Origin: a virus
UHGV virus genome: UHGV-0319604
Strand: one strand, 5' to 3'
Length of the DNA: 40,338 bases
Part shown: piece by piece, positions 1 to 8,178 of the stretch
Position numbering within the stretch: position 1 is the stretch's first letter
How the letters are laid out: the number at the start of each line of letters is the position of its first letter
The notes under the pieces: model-generated
The model's database searches: none
What the model was told of the DNA's origin: nothing
What the model saw: the letters and a program-made list of their open reading frames with translations, nothing else
Translations under genes and position numbers: made by a program

Positions 1-264
1 GAACATGCCGATAATCATCATACCGTCGATGCGGGTCAGCGGCGTGCCGTCCAGATGAATAAGCTTAAAGTAACCCCACTCCTCGGTATGTACGCCAGCG
101 AGCTGCAGCAGTTGCCCACCCCAGCGGGTGAATTCGCCGGTCACGGCCCAGAAGGTGCCGGTAATGCCGAAATAGTAGGTGGAAAGGATCCCCGCCGCGA
201 TGACGGCCGGTACTGGTGACCAGAACTTAACCAGGTAAGTCTGTTTGAAGTATTGCCATGACAT
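1..264 (-). CDS. yedE: YedE/YeeE-family inner-membrane protein, N-terminal part only (host flank; gene continues past window start)
   Basis: Minus-strand ORF starting at ATG 262-264 (MSWQYFKQTYLVKFWSPVPAVIAAGILSTYYFGITGTFWAVTGEF...), hydrophobic, closely resembling the N-terminus of enterobacterial YedE as recalled from memory; SD-like GAGG just upstream. Not in ORF track because it runs off the window. Confidence 0.6.
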   Translation of the reverse strand, partial: MSWQYFKQTYLVKFWSPVPAVIAAGILSTYYFGITGTFWAVTGEFTRWGGQLLQLAGVHTEEWGYFKLIHLDGTPLTRIDGMMIIGMF

Positions 265-331
265 GAGTAAGCCTCTGAACTCAGAAGGTGTATGTTGTTT
301 TAACGGTCTGGAATATATAACTTTTTTCCTT

Positions 332-364
332 TCTCCAAAACCTCTCCAAAACTTTTCTCCAAAA
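332..364. repeat. Three direct copies of TCTCCAAAA (332-340, 343-351, 356-364) between host gene and integrase; candidate integrase arm-type or att-region sites
   Basis: Seen directly in sequence ttctccaaaacctctccaaaacttttctccaaaat; location immediately outside the int gene. Confidence 0.35.
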
Positions 365-429
365 TACCTACCTTTTTTATGACCTCCATCAGGAATTAAT
401 CCTCTTCCCAGGAGCACTGCAGCGAAAAA

Positions 430-1548
430 TTAAATAGCAAGTTTGGTCCATTCCTTCCCGCGATCATCGTTGTATCTGTCAGTGGTTGACTGTGTTTTAT
501 GCCCCAGCAAAATTTTCGTATCGATCCCCTGGGCGCGGTAAAGTCGTTCGGACAATGAGCGCTGTTCGTGAAACGTTGTGGGTGTTTTTCCTGCAGGCGG
601 TACGATACCGGCTGCATCACGTGCCGCGGCAAACTCTTTGGAAACCAAAATCAGATTCACAGGTTTCGCCTTACTGTTCATTTTCCCGTGCAAGAGGTAG
701 GGACTGACAAACCTATCCCTACATTTCCGTATTACATCCTCCAGCGATAAGCCAATGGCTTCACAACGGAGGTTCAGCGGCAATGCAATACGTGCCCCCG
801 TTTTGCTTTGCTCGATGTGCAGATAGCCGTCCTTAATGTCTGAAAATTTCATGTTCGCAATATCCTCCCGGCGCTGACCAGTGACTAACGCAAGCAGCAT
901 CGCTTTATGCGAGTACCGATCCTCGGGTATTTGCGCCAGTATTTTTTTCCATTCGTCCAGAGAGAGGCGCGCACGTGTAACCTTCACCGAGGGTTTTTTT
1001 GTTGCTGCTGGTGGATTCCATCCAGGAGGCACCTCTCCTGCATGTTGTGCTTCAGTGAAAATATCCACCCATACCACCCGGTTACAGAGGGCACTGCTGG
1101 CATGTCCTGCATCCAGATATTCATCCAGTAACACGGCAAAATCCTTTACCTCCAAACTCTTCATTGGCCGGGAACCAAGCCGCCTGGAAAGCAACTCTGC
1201 CATGCGTTTTTTTTCTTTAAAGCGTTTCAGCGATAGCGATCCGGCATCCAGGCTTTGTGTCTGAATCTTCAGATATCGTTCTATCCATGCTTTGAGGCTG
1301 ATCCCGCGCTGTGCTGCTGCTTTTGGAGTATCATCAATTTGGCGCAAATAGTGCTCGGCTTCTGCTGCTGCAATTCTCTGATTTGCCGTTGTGGCTATTT
1401 TTTCCGCTTTCTCTCTGTCTGTTCCCAGGCCGTGGAACTTACCCGTTAAAGGGTTTTTATACTGGTAGTATGTTTTTGCTGTGCGACGATCAAACCGGGC
1501 ATACAGCCCGGAAATTGATACATTATTTTTTCGTGGCCTTGGTGACAT
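430..1548 (-). CDS. int: Phage integrase, tyrosine recombinase family
   Basis: 372-aa ORF; C-terminal catalytic-type motifs HEQRSLSERLY ... LLGH ... DRY (H-x-x-R and terminal Tyr); position at prophage end overlapping excisionase gene. Confidence 0.85.
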   Translation of the reverse strand: MSPRPRKNNVSISGLYARFDRRTAKTYYQYKNPLTGKFHGLGTDREKAEKIATTANQRIAAAEAEHYLRQIDDTPKAAAQRGISLKAWIERYLKIQTQSLDAGSLSLKRFKEKKRMAELLSRRLGSRPMKSLEVKDFAVLLDEYLDAGHASSALCNRVVWVDIFTEAQHAGEVPPGWNPPAATKKPSVKVTRARLSLDEWKKILAQIPEDRYSHKAMLLALVTGQRREDIANMKFSDIKDGYLHIEQSKTGARIALPLNLRCEAIGLSLEDVIRKCRDRFVSPYLLHGKMNSKAKPVNLILVSKEFAAARDAAGIVPPAGKTPTTFHEQRSLSERLYRAQGIDTKILLGHKTQSTTDRYNDDRGKEWTKLAI

Positions 1549-1795
1549 CGCTCAGGATCTCCCGCAAAATTTCGTCATCGTCACTGTGAATTTCTGGTTC
1601 GACTCCCGTCGCGCCTGGTCCGATATAAACTGCCTGTTCGTCTATACACCAACGATTTCCAATTTTAATCGGCCTCGGTTGTATGTATCCCAGTTTCCCG
1701 TGTTTCACCAGGCATGTGATTGTTATGGGGAAGTGCAATCTGCGAGCTTTCCAGTCACGCAGCGGTATCAGACTTTGTTCACTCATAGCTATCAC
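1523..1795 (-). CDS. xis: Excisionase-like small DNA-binding protein (Xis)
   Basis: Small ORF immediately upstream of and overlapping int start by 26 nt; typical size and position. True start may be the internal Met (MSEQSLIPL...). Confidence 0.55.
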   Translation of the reverse strand: MIAMSEQSLIPLRDWKARRLHFPITITCLVKHGKLGYIQPRPIKIGNRWCIDEQAVYIGPGATGVEPEIHSDDDEILREILSDVTKATKK

Positions 1796-1882
1796 TCTTG
1801 ATAGCCAGCTGCGATCATACGTGCTGCAGCTGGCGGATATTGAATCTCACGAATCAGTTAACCTTGGCTGGCATCGCCCAGG

Positions 1883-2176
1883 TCAATCGGGCGTGTTGAT
1901 AAACTTCCTCACCAGCGCAGACTCCATTCGCCTGATACAGTCGCGTATCCTTGTCATTTGCACTTCGGGAAACTGACTCCGCCCCATCTCTTCCAGTACG
2001 CTGACAAGATGGTGATCCTGGACTTTGGTCGCCAGTACGCGAGCGCATGCACGCAATGATTCTCCGATACGCCGTTTTTCTATGGCTGCAAATGCTCGGC
2101 ACAGCTCCAGAGTTACCAGCGTGTCGGGAAATTCTGCAAATCGGGTATTGGCGATAACTTCCTTTGCTTTGATCAC
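1883..2176 (-). CDS. Hypothetical early protein (97 aa), GTG start overlapping upstream stop (GTGA)
   Basis: ORF in track (1883..2218); likely start is GTG at 2174-2176 overlapping the stop codon of the upstream 626-aa gene, suggesting translational coupling. Confidence 0.4.
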   Translation of the reverse strand: MIKAKEVIANTRFAEFPDTLVTLELCRAFAAIEKRRIGESLRACARVLATKVQDHHLVSVLEEMGRSQFPEVQMTRIRDCIRRMESALVRKFINTPD

Positions 2177-4053
2177 TCTGCAATCTCCTGCTGACTGATA
2201 ACGCTGCTGGCAAGCCACACGGCCATACCCGGTAGATCATCGTACTGATTGCAGTATGCAGGGTTAGCACATAACCCCTGCAGCGCGGCGGCCGTCAGCT
2301 GCTGATGATAGGTAAGGGCGAATGTTGATGGCTCAGGTACGGAAGCAGGGCGCTGTTCTTCTGGTTTGGCTTCGATCTCTGGGGGAGGCAAAACCACAGC
2401 AACAGGTGCCTCTTCAGTTCCTTCCTGCCGATATTGTTCTAAAATGCGCGTGAGATAATCGAATCGTGTTTCAGGGTTGTCGCTCCATTCTTCGAGCGCA
2501 TTCCAGACCAGATATTCAACATCGTCATCATCAATAATTTCTGGGGTCTCGCCATTTTCCAAAGCAAAAATATCAGTCATGATCATCATTGCAATGTGCG
2601 ATGAATCATGGCCTGTATTGGAGATCAGAAGCTCTGCCTCTTCCTCGTTAAAATAGGCAGTTCTCCCTGCCAGGGTATTTTCTACCAGCGCCTTAATTGC
2701 CTCCTCTCGTGCTGACAGCACAGGTTGATCGTCATTTTTGGCAGATGTAAGCGATTCGACTGTGAAGACGCCGCCGCCCAAGTTCTCCACCCGCGGTTGA
2801 TCCCCGGTTTGATTTTCAGGTGCAGGGCTCTGAGCGAATGCCTCTTTGAGTTCTTTGTCGAGTTGCGCAGCTTTGCCAGGGCAAACTGCTGGTGGCAGAG
2901 TTTCGCCCGGTACAGTCGATTCGGTTTCATCATTTTCTTTTTTCTCAGCATTGGTGCGAGGTTTTGGACGGCAGGCCGTATCAATTGTTTTCTGGTCAGG
3001 GTGCGCGTGGTCAGATTCAACCAACTCGCGATTGATGTACTCCCGTAATTTGATCGGATTGAGCCAGATGTCTTCTGGTGCTGACTTGATCAGGGCGATG
3101 ATGGACGCACGCGAATAGTCCAAAATTCCAGGGGTGCCGCGTAGCTGCGCCCACCATGCAGTAAAACGAGGATCCTGTGCGGCTTCCGCCATTGCTTTCG
3201 CTGGAATCATGTATTTATTCGGGATCCAGTAAATGTCGATCTCGTCGTACATACTCAGAATGGCAATAGCCACTTCGATACGCAGCGTAGAGAGGTTATG
3301 AACCAGATCCGGGCTACGGTCTGTCTTGTTGCCACCACCCAGCGTGGAGCCGGTGTCTGTACGGTTTTCTTCTGTGGTTGTGGTAGACTGAGGACGCTTA
3401 TCAACTGGTGTATCGATCCATTTAGCGATCTGCTTTTTGATGTCCGGCCACTGCGCAGATCCTTTGGTGTTCTCACGTAACCAGGAGAGTAATTGCTCCT
3501 GGCGTTCCGGCGCCAACTCAAGCGCGCGGCGCTCTTTTGCAAGTGCTTCTGCAAGCTCGCGGGCAAAGCTGGGTTCATCGTCATTCCTCAAATCGACGAT
3601 CTGGCCATACTGCGCTGAAGTGATTCCAGGGACCGGGCCGAACAGTGCCAGACAAGCTGCGCGGGATGCCTGGTCGAGCTGCGCAACGATTTTAATTTCT
3701 TCCTGAGTCTTGTTGTCCTCCCATTCTTCCTTTGCTTCAGTCTCTGGCTTTGGTGCAGCAGCTGGTTCACCGCGGTTGGTATTCCAGATAACGTGATCAC
3801 CAAAGAAATCAGAGCTAAACACATCAAGCTCAGGGCAGGGGAGATCATCATGGTGTTCCCAGATTTTCACCTTAAAATAATCATCAATATGTTCAGGATG
3901 TTCTGCCGCCAGCTTACCGAAAATAACGGCTTCAGCGATGGCTTTTGTGGCCGCATTAACTGCGGTGGCAAGTGGTTTTAAATCGGGATGTTTTTTTAAT
4001 GCTTTATCTTTTGGGAAGTAAGCACCACCAAATACTTTTAACTCAACAGACAT
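2173..4053 (-). CDS. Large acidic early-left protein, possibly RecE-family (exonuclease VIII-like) N-terminal/middle region without an obvious nuclease domain
   Basis: 626-aa ORF; segment GGGNKTDRSPDLVHNLSTLRIEV...DIYWIP...LDYSRASIIALIKSAP...ESDHAHPDQKTIDTAC resembles my recollection of RecE; gene order (Zn-ribbon small gene, then large gene, then xis/int) parallels the Rac prophage. Family assignment is from memory only. Confidence 0.4.
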   Translation of the reverse strand: MSVELKVFGGAYFPKDKALKKHPDLKPLATAVNAATKAIAEAVIFGKLAAEHPEHIDDYFKVKIWEHHDDLPCPELDVFSSDFFGDHVIWNTNRGEPAAAPKPETEAKEEWEDNKTQEEIKIVAQLDQASRAACLALFGPVPGITSAQYGQIVDLRNDDEPSFARELAEALAKERRALELAPERQEQLLSWLRENTKGSAQWPDIKKQIAKWIDTPVDKRPQSTTTTEENRTDTGSTLGGGNKTDRSPDLVHNLSTLRIEVAIAILSMYDEIDIYWIPNKYMIPAKAMAEAAQDPRFTAWWAQLRGTPGILDYSRASIIALIKSAPEDIWLNPIKLREYINRELVESDHAHPDQKTIDTACRPKPRTNAEKKENDETESTVPGETLPPAVCPGKAAQLDKELKEAFAQSPAPENQTGDQPRVENLGGGVFTVESLTSAKNDDQPVLSAREEAIKALVENTLAGRTAYFNEEEAELLISNTGHDSSHIAMMIMTDIFALENGETPEIIDDDDVEYLVWNALEEWSDNPETRFDYLTRILEQYRQEGTEEAPVAVVLPPPEIEAKPEEQRPASVPEPSTFALTYHQQLTAAALQGLCANPAYCNQYDDLPGMAVWLASSVISQQEIAE

Positions 4054-4064
4054 AATAACCTCGT

Positions 4065-4274
4065 TTAATATTTGAAAAATGATGTTGAATGAAATGGCTT
4101 GCGGATGCCGCGTTTTACCTTTCTTAAAGCGTCACGCTTTTCTCTTTTTTCATTGCATTGCTCACATAAATAAATCGTGCGCTTAAAGGGATATATATCT
4201 GTTTTCCTTTCGTGCATTTCCGATTTTTTATATTCGTGGCAGCAAACAGCGCAATGACAAATGACGTCATCCAT
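4065..4274 (-). CDS. Small Cys-rich zinc-ribbon protein (YdaE-like position)
   Basis: ORF with CxC...CC...CxxC cysteine pattern (MDDVICHCAVCCHEY...LCEQCNEKREK); internal Met at 4274 gives tight packing with upstream gene. Confidence 0.45.
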   Translation of the reverse strand: MDDVICHCAVCCHEYKKSEMHERKTDIYPFKRTIYLCEQCNEKREKRDALRKVKRGIRKPFHSTSFFKY

Positions 4275-4275
4275 A

Positions 4276-4548
4276 TTAATTAAGTTGTTGGCGCTTATGA
4301 TCGTAATAGGACATGCCACAGAAGCTCTGCGCTTCTGCGAATTTCACAGATAGCAAACTAATGTGTTTGACAGCGCATGCAGGGCAATCGAACTCCCCGA
4401 GTACGTAGCCACCATCAATCACAACGGTAACAGGGCCAGAGGATGGCAAATGAACCACGCCTGAAATAGCACCGTTAACATTAAATGTTGCAAGGTCTTT
4501 ATTTACGATTGCAAGGCTCAATTCTACGGTGGTAATAGTTGCTTTCAT
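4276..4548 (-). CDS. Hypothetical early protein (90 aa)
   Basis: ORF in track (4276..4587), likely start MKATITTV at 4548; stop lies 2 nt from downstream start. Confidence 0.4.
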   Translation of the reverse strand: MKATITTVELSLAIVNKDLATFNVNGAISGVVHLPSSGPVTVVIDGGYVLGEFDCPACAVKHISLLSVKFAEAQSFCGMSYYDHKRQQLN

Positions 4549-4617
4549 TTTATGATCCTTAATTTGAGGTGTGAAAATCCCTGCCATTTAAGGCATCGAT
4601 TTTTTAAGTTAGGAAAA

Positions 4618-4803
4618 TCAAATAACGTTTAAACTATCGCGCCACTCCTGGCGGGGTTGGCGATGCACTACAAAATTTCTGTATTTACGTAATACTTTCC
4701 AGGCGGCATGACATCCGGCAACATCACGAAGAAACACTGATGTGACAAGTTTCCCCTGAGCCCATGCAATTTGCTGTTCCGGTGTTAATTGTGTTTTATT
4801 CAT
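4618..4803 (-). CDS. Hypothetical early protein (61 aa)
   Basis: ORF in track (4618..4860); probable start MNKTQLTPEQ at 4803. Confidence 0.35.
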   Translation of the reverse strand: MNKTQLTPEQQIAWAQGKLVTSVFLRDVAGCHAAWKVLRKYRNFVVHRQPRQEWRDSLNVI

Positions 4804-4891
4804 TACTGAATACCCCGCTGAGAAATTAATCCTAAAAAGGGCGGTATAATCATGGACCACGGGAAAGCATATACCGCCAAGCGATCAAATC

Positions 4892-5389
4892 TTATAGCAT
4901 CTGAAATAATTGCCGCTGAGTTAATCTCTTTTCCCATAATCGGAGGGCAGTTGCTTTTGCCCAGCGGTACCATTCGCGGCCAGCTTCTTTGTAAGAATTA
5001 CCGAGTCTAACCAGATCCCAGGTTTCCTGTGAGAAGTCGGGCTTTTTATTTGCGATATGTTGCCGGGCAGCGATCATGCTGTCGATTGCTTCGTTGATCT
5101 CCAGCGCTTCGGTGTGGTGAGATTCAATCATCTGCTCGATGGTCTTGCGGCTGTCGTGTTGATTAGCCCATTCATCCCACTGCTCATCTGCTTTCACTTC
5201 GTCGATCTCTGCGTTGAATTCTAGCGCTTCGGCGTGGTCACGTTCTGCCAGAGCTTTTAAAATTTTGTGCATCGTGTTCTCTGATTTCACTTCACGCAAT
5301 GTGCTGCAGTTATACGCGTTGAAGGTGCCATCTTCGCGTTGTTTCACGCTGTATACCGCTTTGCCGATGTTGATTTTGTGGCTGGTCAT
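4892..5389 (-). CDS. Hypothetical early protein (165 aa) with internal 40-residue duplication; first gene of leftward operon
   Basis: ORF in track; DNA near-repeat cgttgatctccagcgcttcggtgtggt (5092-5118) vs cgttgaattctagcgcttcggcgtggt (5212-5238), 120 bp apart, giving protein repeats HAEALEFNAEIDEV / HTEALEINEAIDSM. Confidence 0.5.
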   Translation of the reverse strand: MTSHKINIGKAVYSVKQREDGTFNAYNCSTLREVKSENTMHKILKALAERDHAEALEFNAEIDEVKADEQWDEWANQHDSRKTIEQMIESHHTEALEINEAIDSMIAARQHIANKKPDFSQETWDLVRLGNSYKEAGREWYRWAKATALRLWEKRLTQRQLFQML

Positions 5390-5468
5390 AGTGCATCCCT
5401 CTTTTTCACCCTTATCGCCGGGTAGGCGGAACGTTTACCTGTCGCACCTGTTGTGCTTCGATGAGTAG

Positions 5469-5539
5469 AGAATACAACATAAAGTAGATGTGTCAACACT
5501 AAAAGTAGAAGTTTAGAAGTGGCGTGCTACTTGTGGTAG
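5469..5539 (-). promoter_or_regulatory. Leftward early promoter (PL-like) with operator palindromes
   Basis: On minus strand, TTGACA (plus 5491-5496), 16-nt spacer, TATTCT (plus 5469-5474); palindromes ACATAAAGTAGATGT (5477-5491) and CTACTTGTGGTAG (5527-5539) share the CTAC/GTAG half-site with the operator at 6108-6120. Confidence 0.4.
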
Positions 5540-5551
5540 TGGTGAAAGGCG

Positions 5552-5591
5552 AAAAAAAACCCGGCATGTGCCGGGTTATTTGGGATTTTTT
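5552..5591. terminator. Rho-independent terminator at the 3' end of the repressor gene (hairpin flanked by A8 and T-rich runs; possibly bidirectional)
   Basis: cccggc-atgt-gccggg hairpin (5560-5575) preceded by aaaaaaaa (5552-5559) and followed by ttatttgggatttttttt; on the minus strand this reads hairpin + T8 directly after the repressor stop codon (5592-5594). Confidence 0.6.
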
Positions 5592-6083
5592 TTACTTCTG
5601 CGGGGTGTTGGCGTACTTCAGAAAGAAATCATAAAGCTGCTTATACCGCATTTCGAACGCCAGTAGCATGTTCTTGGCTTCGACGCTTGGGAACTGCCTA
5701 TACACTCGAAGCAGTCGCTTTTCGTCTTCACTTAAATCTCTGAATTCCGCATCGCTGTCAATGTCAGGATCTGTCGGCGGGAAGCCCGAAAACTCAGTTT
5801 CCGGAAGCTTGATGGGTACACTCTCGCCTTCGCCATAATCAAGCCATGCCGCTTGGACATTTAGCCAGTCAGCTATCTTTTGCAGTTTCTCATCGCGTGG
5901 CTTAGCCGTGCCCAGCGTATAACGACGAGCCATTTCGTATGTGACATCGCAAGCCTGGCTTAAATCCTTTACGGAACGGCGCTGTCTGCGCATTTCTTCG
6001 GTCAGCCGGTTAGCGAAATCCTGATGTTTATTCGCTTTTTCTACCATAGGTAGAAGAGTAAGGCACGGCGCGTTCATAGTCAT
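5592..6083 (-). CDS. Prophage repressor (CI-like; HTH N-terminal domain, no S24 LexA-like peptidase domain; RacR-like)
   Basis: 163-aa ORF; N-terminal HTH-type segment (VKDLSQACDVTYEMARRYTLGTAKP); divergent from a cro-like gene with shared operator region; C-terminal ~80 aa shows no Ser/Lys peptidase motifs. Confidence 0.7.
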   Translation of the reverse strand: MTMNAPCLTLLPMVEKANKHQDFANRLTEEMRRQRRSVKDLSQACDVTYEMARRYTLGTAKPRDEKLQKIADWLNVQAAWLDYGEGESVPIKLPETEFSGFPPTDPDIDSDAEFRDLSEDEKRLLRVYRQFPSVEAKNMLLAFEMRYKQLYDFFLKYANTPQK

Positions 6084-6092
6084 TTCTATTTT

Positions 6093-6126
6093 TCGTAGTT
6101 GTATTTTCTACTTTATGTAGTATATT
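6093..6126 (+). promoter_or_regulatory. Rightward early promoter (PR-like) with operator palindrome CTACTTTATGTAG
   Basis: TTGTAT (6099-6104), 16-nt spacer, TATATT (6121-6126); palindrome CTAC-N5-GTAG at 6108-6120 in the spacer; located in the 72-bp gap between divergent repressor and cro-like genes. Confidence 0.4.
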
Positions 6127-6155
6127 GCAGTCATCGACTCATTCAGGAGAACACG

Positions 6156-6425
6156 ATGACTACTTCATACAAGAACATAACGGAAAAGGCGGTGAGGTCG
6201 ATTGGTTCGGTTTCGGCCGTCGCCCGCAAATTCAACTTTAAGTCCTCACAGTCAGTAGCAAACTGGATTATCCGAAACCGAGTTCCAAGTGAGCGAGTGA
6301 TAAAGCTCTGTGAATTTGGCGGTTGGACTGTCACCCCGCATGAGTTACGTCCGGATTTGCATCCAACCCCTACCAGCGGAATTCCTGTTCAGGATATCCC
6401 ACGTGCGCAGAGGGAGTCTGAGTGA
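6156..6425 (+). CDS. Cro-like DNA-binding protein (YdaS family)
   Basis: Start ATG 6156 with SD CAGGAGA; small HTH protein (SVSAVARKFNFKSSQSVANWI) ending ...TPHELRPDLHP, resembling YdaS-type Cro proteins; divergent from repressor. Confidence 0.6.
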   Translation: MTTSYKNITEKAVRSIGSVSAVARKFNFKSSQSVANWIIRNRVPSERVIKLCEFGGWTVTPHELRPDLHPTPTSGIPVQDIPRAQRESE

Positions 6426-6874
6426 TGGAAATCAAAAAACTGGCATGTGAGCTGGAGTCCTGGGCGCAGGAAAAGGGCTGGAAGACGGTGACGCAGCTGA
6501 TAACCCCGCATCACTTTGGTGATCTGCTTCAGTCACTGGATGACGTTTCGGATCCGGACGAGTACGCGCGGCGGCTGCACAACAACAAGCAGATTATTCA
6601 GCGTGCGTTCCGCAACGATACACCTAACTACCTGAAACAGGCTGAAGCTCTGAGCTATGCCATCCGTACCGCGATTGATAACGAACTGGCGCAGAAGGAC
6701 TGCATGCACTACCGGGCGGCCAGGGTTAACAAAGAGTGTATTGAAGCCACCAATGCTGTCTTCACAGGCAAGCCGCAACCGGTAATCCGACGCGAGACTC
6801 TGGAAGCGATCGATGCGCTGGCGCAGATGGCTGGCGTGAAAGTCCAAATTATGCACTGCCATCGCGCAGCTTAA
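6425..6874 (+). CDS. YdaT-like regulatory protein (CII position)
   Basis: ORF immediately after the cro-like gene (start overlaps its stop, TGATGG); size and position match ydaS-ydaT pairs of Rac-like prophages. Family assignment from memory. Confidence 0.4.
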   Translation: MEIKKLACELESWAQEKGWKTVTQLITPHHFGDLLQSLDDVSDPDEYARRLHNNKQIIQRAFRNDTPNYLKQAEALSYAIRTAIDNELAQKDCMHYRAARVNKECIEATNAVFTGKPQPVIRRETLEAIDALAQMAGVKVQIMHCHRAA

Positions 6875-6890
6875 CGGTCTGGAGGCAACT

Positions 6891-7154
6891 ATGCGTACTT
6901 CTCAGGAATTAGCGAGCGCACTGGCAGAGCGCATGAAAAACGCGATGAAGACCCGACCCGCTCAGGAGCCAGTGGATCGCCGCGGTGAAATCATTCCAGG
7001 GAAGCAATACCGCGACGAACGCGGGCGCATGGTTACAGTTTTGCGTGCATCCCAGCTCCGCGTGTCATATCGCCGGGAGGGGTACACCGGCGTCAGTGAA
7101 ACAGGGCGCCGTGAGTTTGAAATGAAGTTCACCGAGGTGAAAAGTGAGTCTTGA
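6891..7154 (+). CDS. Hypothetical small protein (87 aa)
   Basis: ORF in track with ATG start; between ydaT-like and replication genes. Confidence 0.4.
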   Translation: MRTSQELASALAERMKNAMKTRPAQEPVDRRGEIIPGKQYRDERGRMVTVLRASQLRVSYRREGYTGVSETGRREFEMKFTEVKSES

Positions 7155-8178
7155 TGCCATGCGCTGGGCCAAAAAGGTCAAAACAGGGCGATCGTCTGCA
7201 AAGTCGGTCCTTACCTGGCTGGCTGATATGTGCGGAGCCGACTTAACGACATACCCGTCAATTGCCGCTCTGTCAGAAGCTACTGAGCTAGACAAAAAAA
7301 CAGTTCAGGCAAGCCTGCAGCATCTGATCGCTATGGGATTTATCCAGGACACTGGAGAACGTCGCGGGCGCACAAAACAAATCCCTGTCTACAAATTAAT
7401 CGGGGTGGAGGAAAGCATTGCAGATTCTGAACACACCCAAAAACGGGAACATTACCAAAAACGGGGTCGTTCAAAGGGAACCGAAAACGGGAGTGTTTCA
7501 GAAAACGAACCCAAAAACGGTGCTGTTAAAAAGGGTGAAACGATCCCGTTTTTTCCGTCAAACGATCCCAAAAACGGGATACGGAATCCCCCAGAGGAAT
7601 CTAAAGATCTAAACCCCACACATAGCGCGCGAGGGGAACTGGTTGGATCAGTCAGTGAAAGACCGGTTCCGGAATACCCTGGTCAGCCAGGCACGTTTTT
7701 CCCCGCCTCTCAGTTGCTCGGGAAATTTCCGATGAGCAAGGAGTGGAAACCATCTGCGGACTTTCGCAAACAGGCGAACCTCTGGGGGCGCCCTGTGCCT
7801 GAGAAACTAACTCCCGATGATTTACGCGCTGCACATGCCTGCTTTGTCGATTACTGGATCTCTGAGGGCAAGGCATTCAACCAGACGCAGTGGGAGCAAA
7901 AATTTGCTCTCCACCTGCAGAACACAAAGCCAACAAAACCGCGAGGTAATTCTCATGCAGGACTGGACCCAAACTCCACAGCAAACGCTGCTGTACAACG
8001 AGCGCGCGCAGCACGTGCAGAACAATTACGAGCTCGAGGAGAAGGCGTGGAAATTCTGGGAACTCATGCTGGAAATTTACTCCACCCGCTGGGAGACCAA
8101 AAACGGATCGGCTCCGTCGGACCTATGGATTGCGCAGATTGGGAGTTTGACCAGCGCCCAGACGACGAGCGTCTGTAA
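7144..8178 (+). CDS. Replication initiation protein (O-like: N-terminal HTH domain plus DnaT-like C-terminal region)
   Basis: N-terminal MRWAKKVKTGRSSAKSVLTWLADMCGADLTTYPSIAALSEATELDKKTVQASLQHLIAMGFI is a typical phage replication-protein HTH; followed by a low-complexity linker and a conserved C-terminal region. Last ~75 codons overlap the next gene out of frame. Confidence 0.6.
   Translation: MSLDAMRWAKKVKTGRSSAKSVLTWLADMCGADLTTYPSIAALSEATELDKKTVQASLQHLIAMGFIQDTGERRGRTKQIPVYKLIGVEESIADSEHTQKREHYQKRGRSKGTENGSVSENEPKNGAVKKGETIPFFPSNDPKNGIRNPPEESKDLNPTHSARGELVGSVSERPVPEYPGQPGTFFPASQLLGKFPMSKEWKPSADFRKQANLWGRPVPEKLTPDDLRAAHACFVDYWISEGKAFNQTQWEQKFALHLQNTKPTKPRGNSHAGLDPNSTANAAVQRARAARAEQLRARGEGVEILGTHAGNLLHPLGDQKRIGSVGPMDCADWEFDQRPDDERL

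Noticed and set aside
1854-2270. 138-aa minus-strand ORF overlapping the 97-aa early gene and the end of the RecE-like gene
   Set aside because: Alternative frame across two better-supported genes; the 97-aa frame has a coupled GTG start at the upstream stop, the 138-aa frame does not.
5400-6160. Additional LexA boxes in the immunity region or at other promoters
   Set aside because: No other CTGT-N8-ACAG match with good flanking consensus was found by eye; only the box at 10147-10166 is claimed. A computational scan would be needed to be exhaustive.
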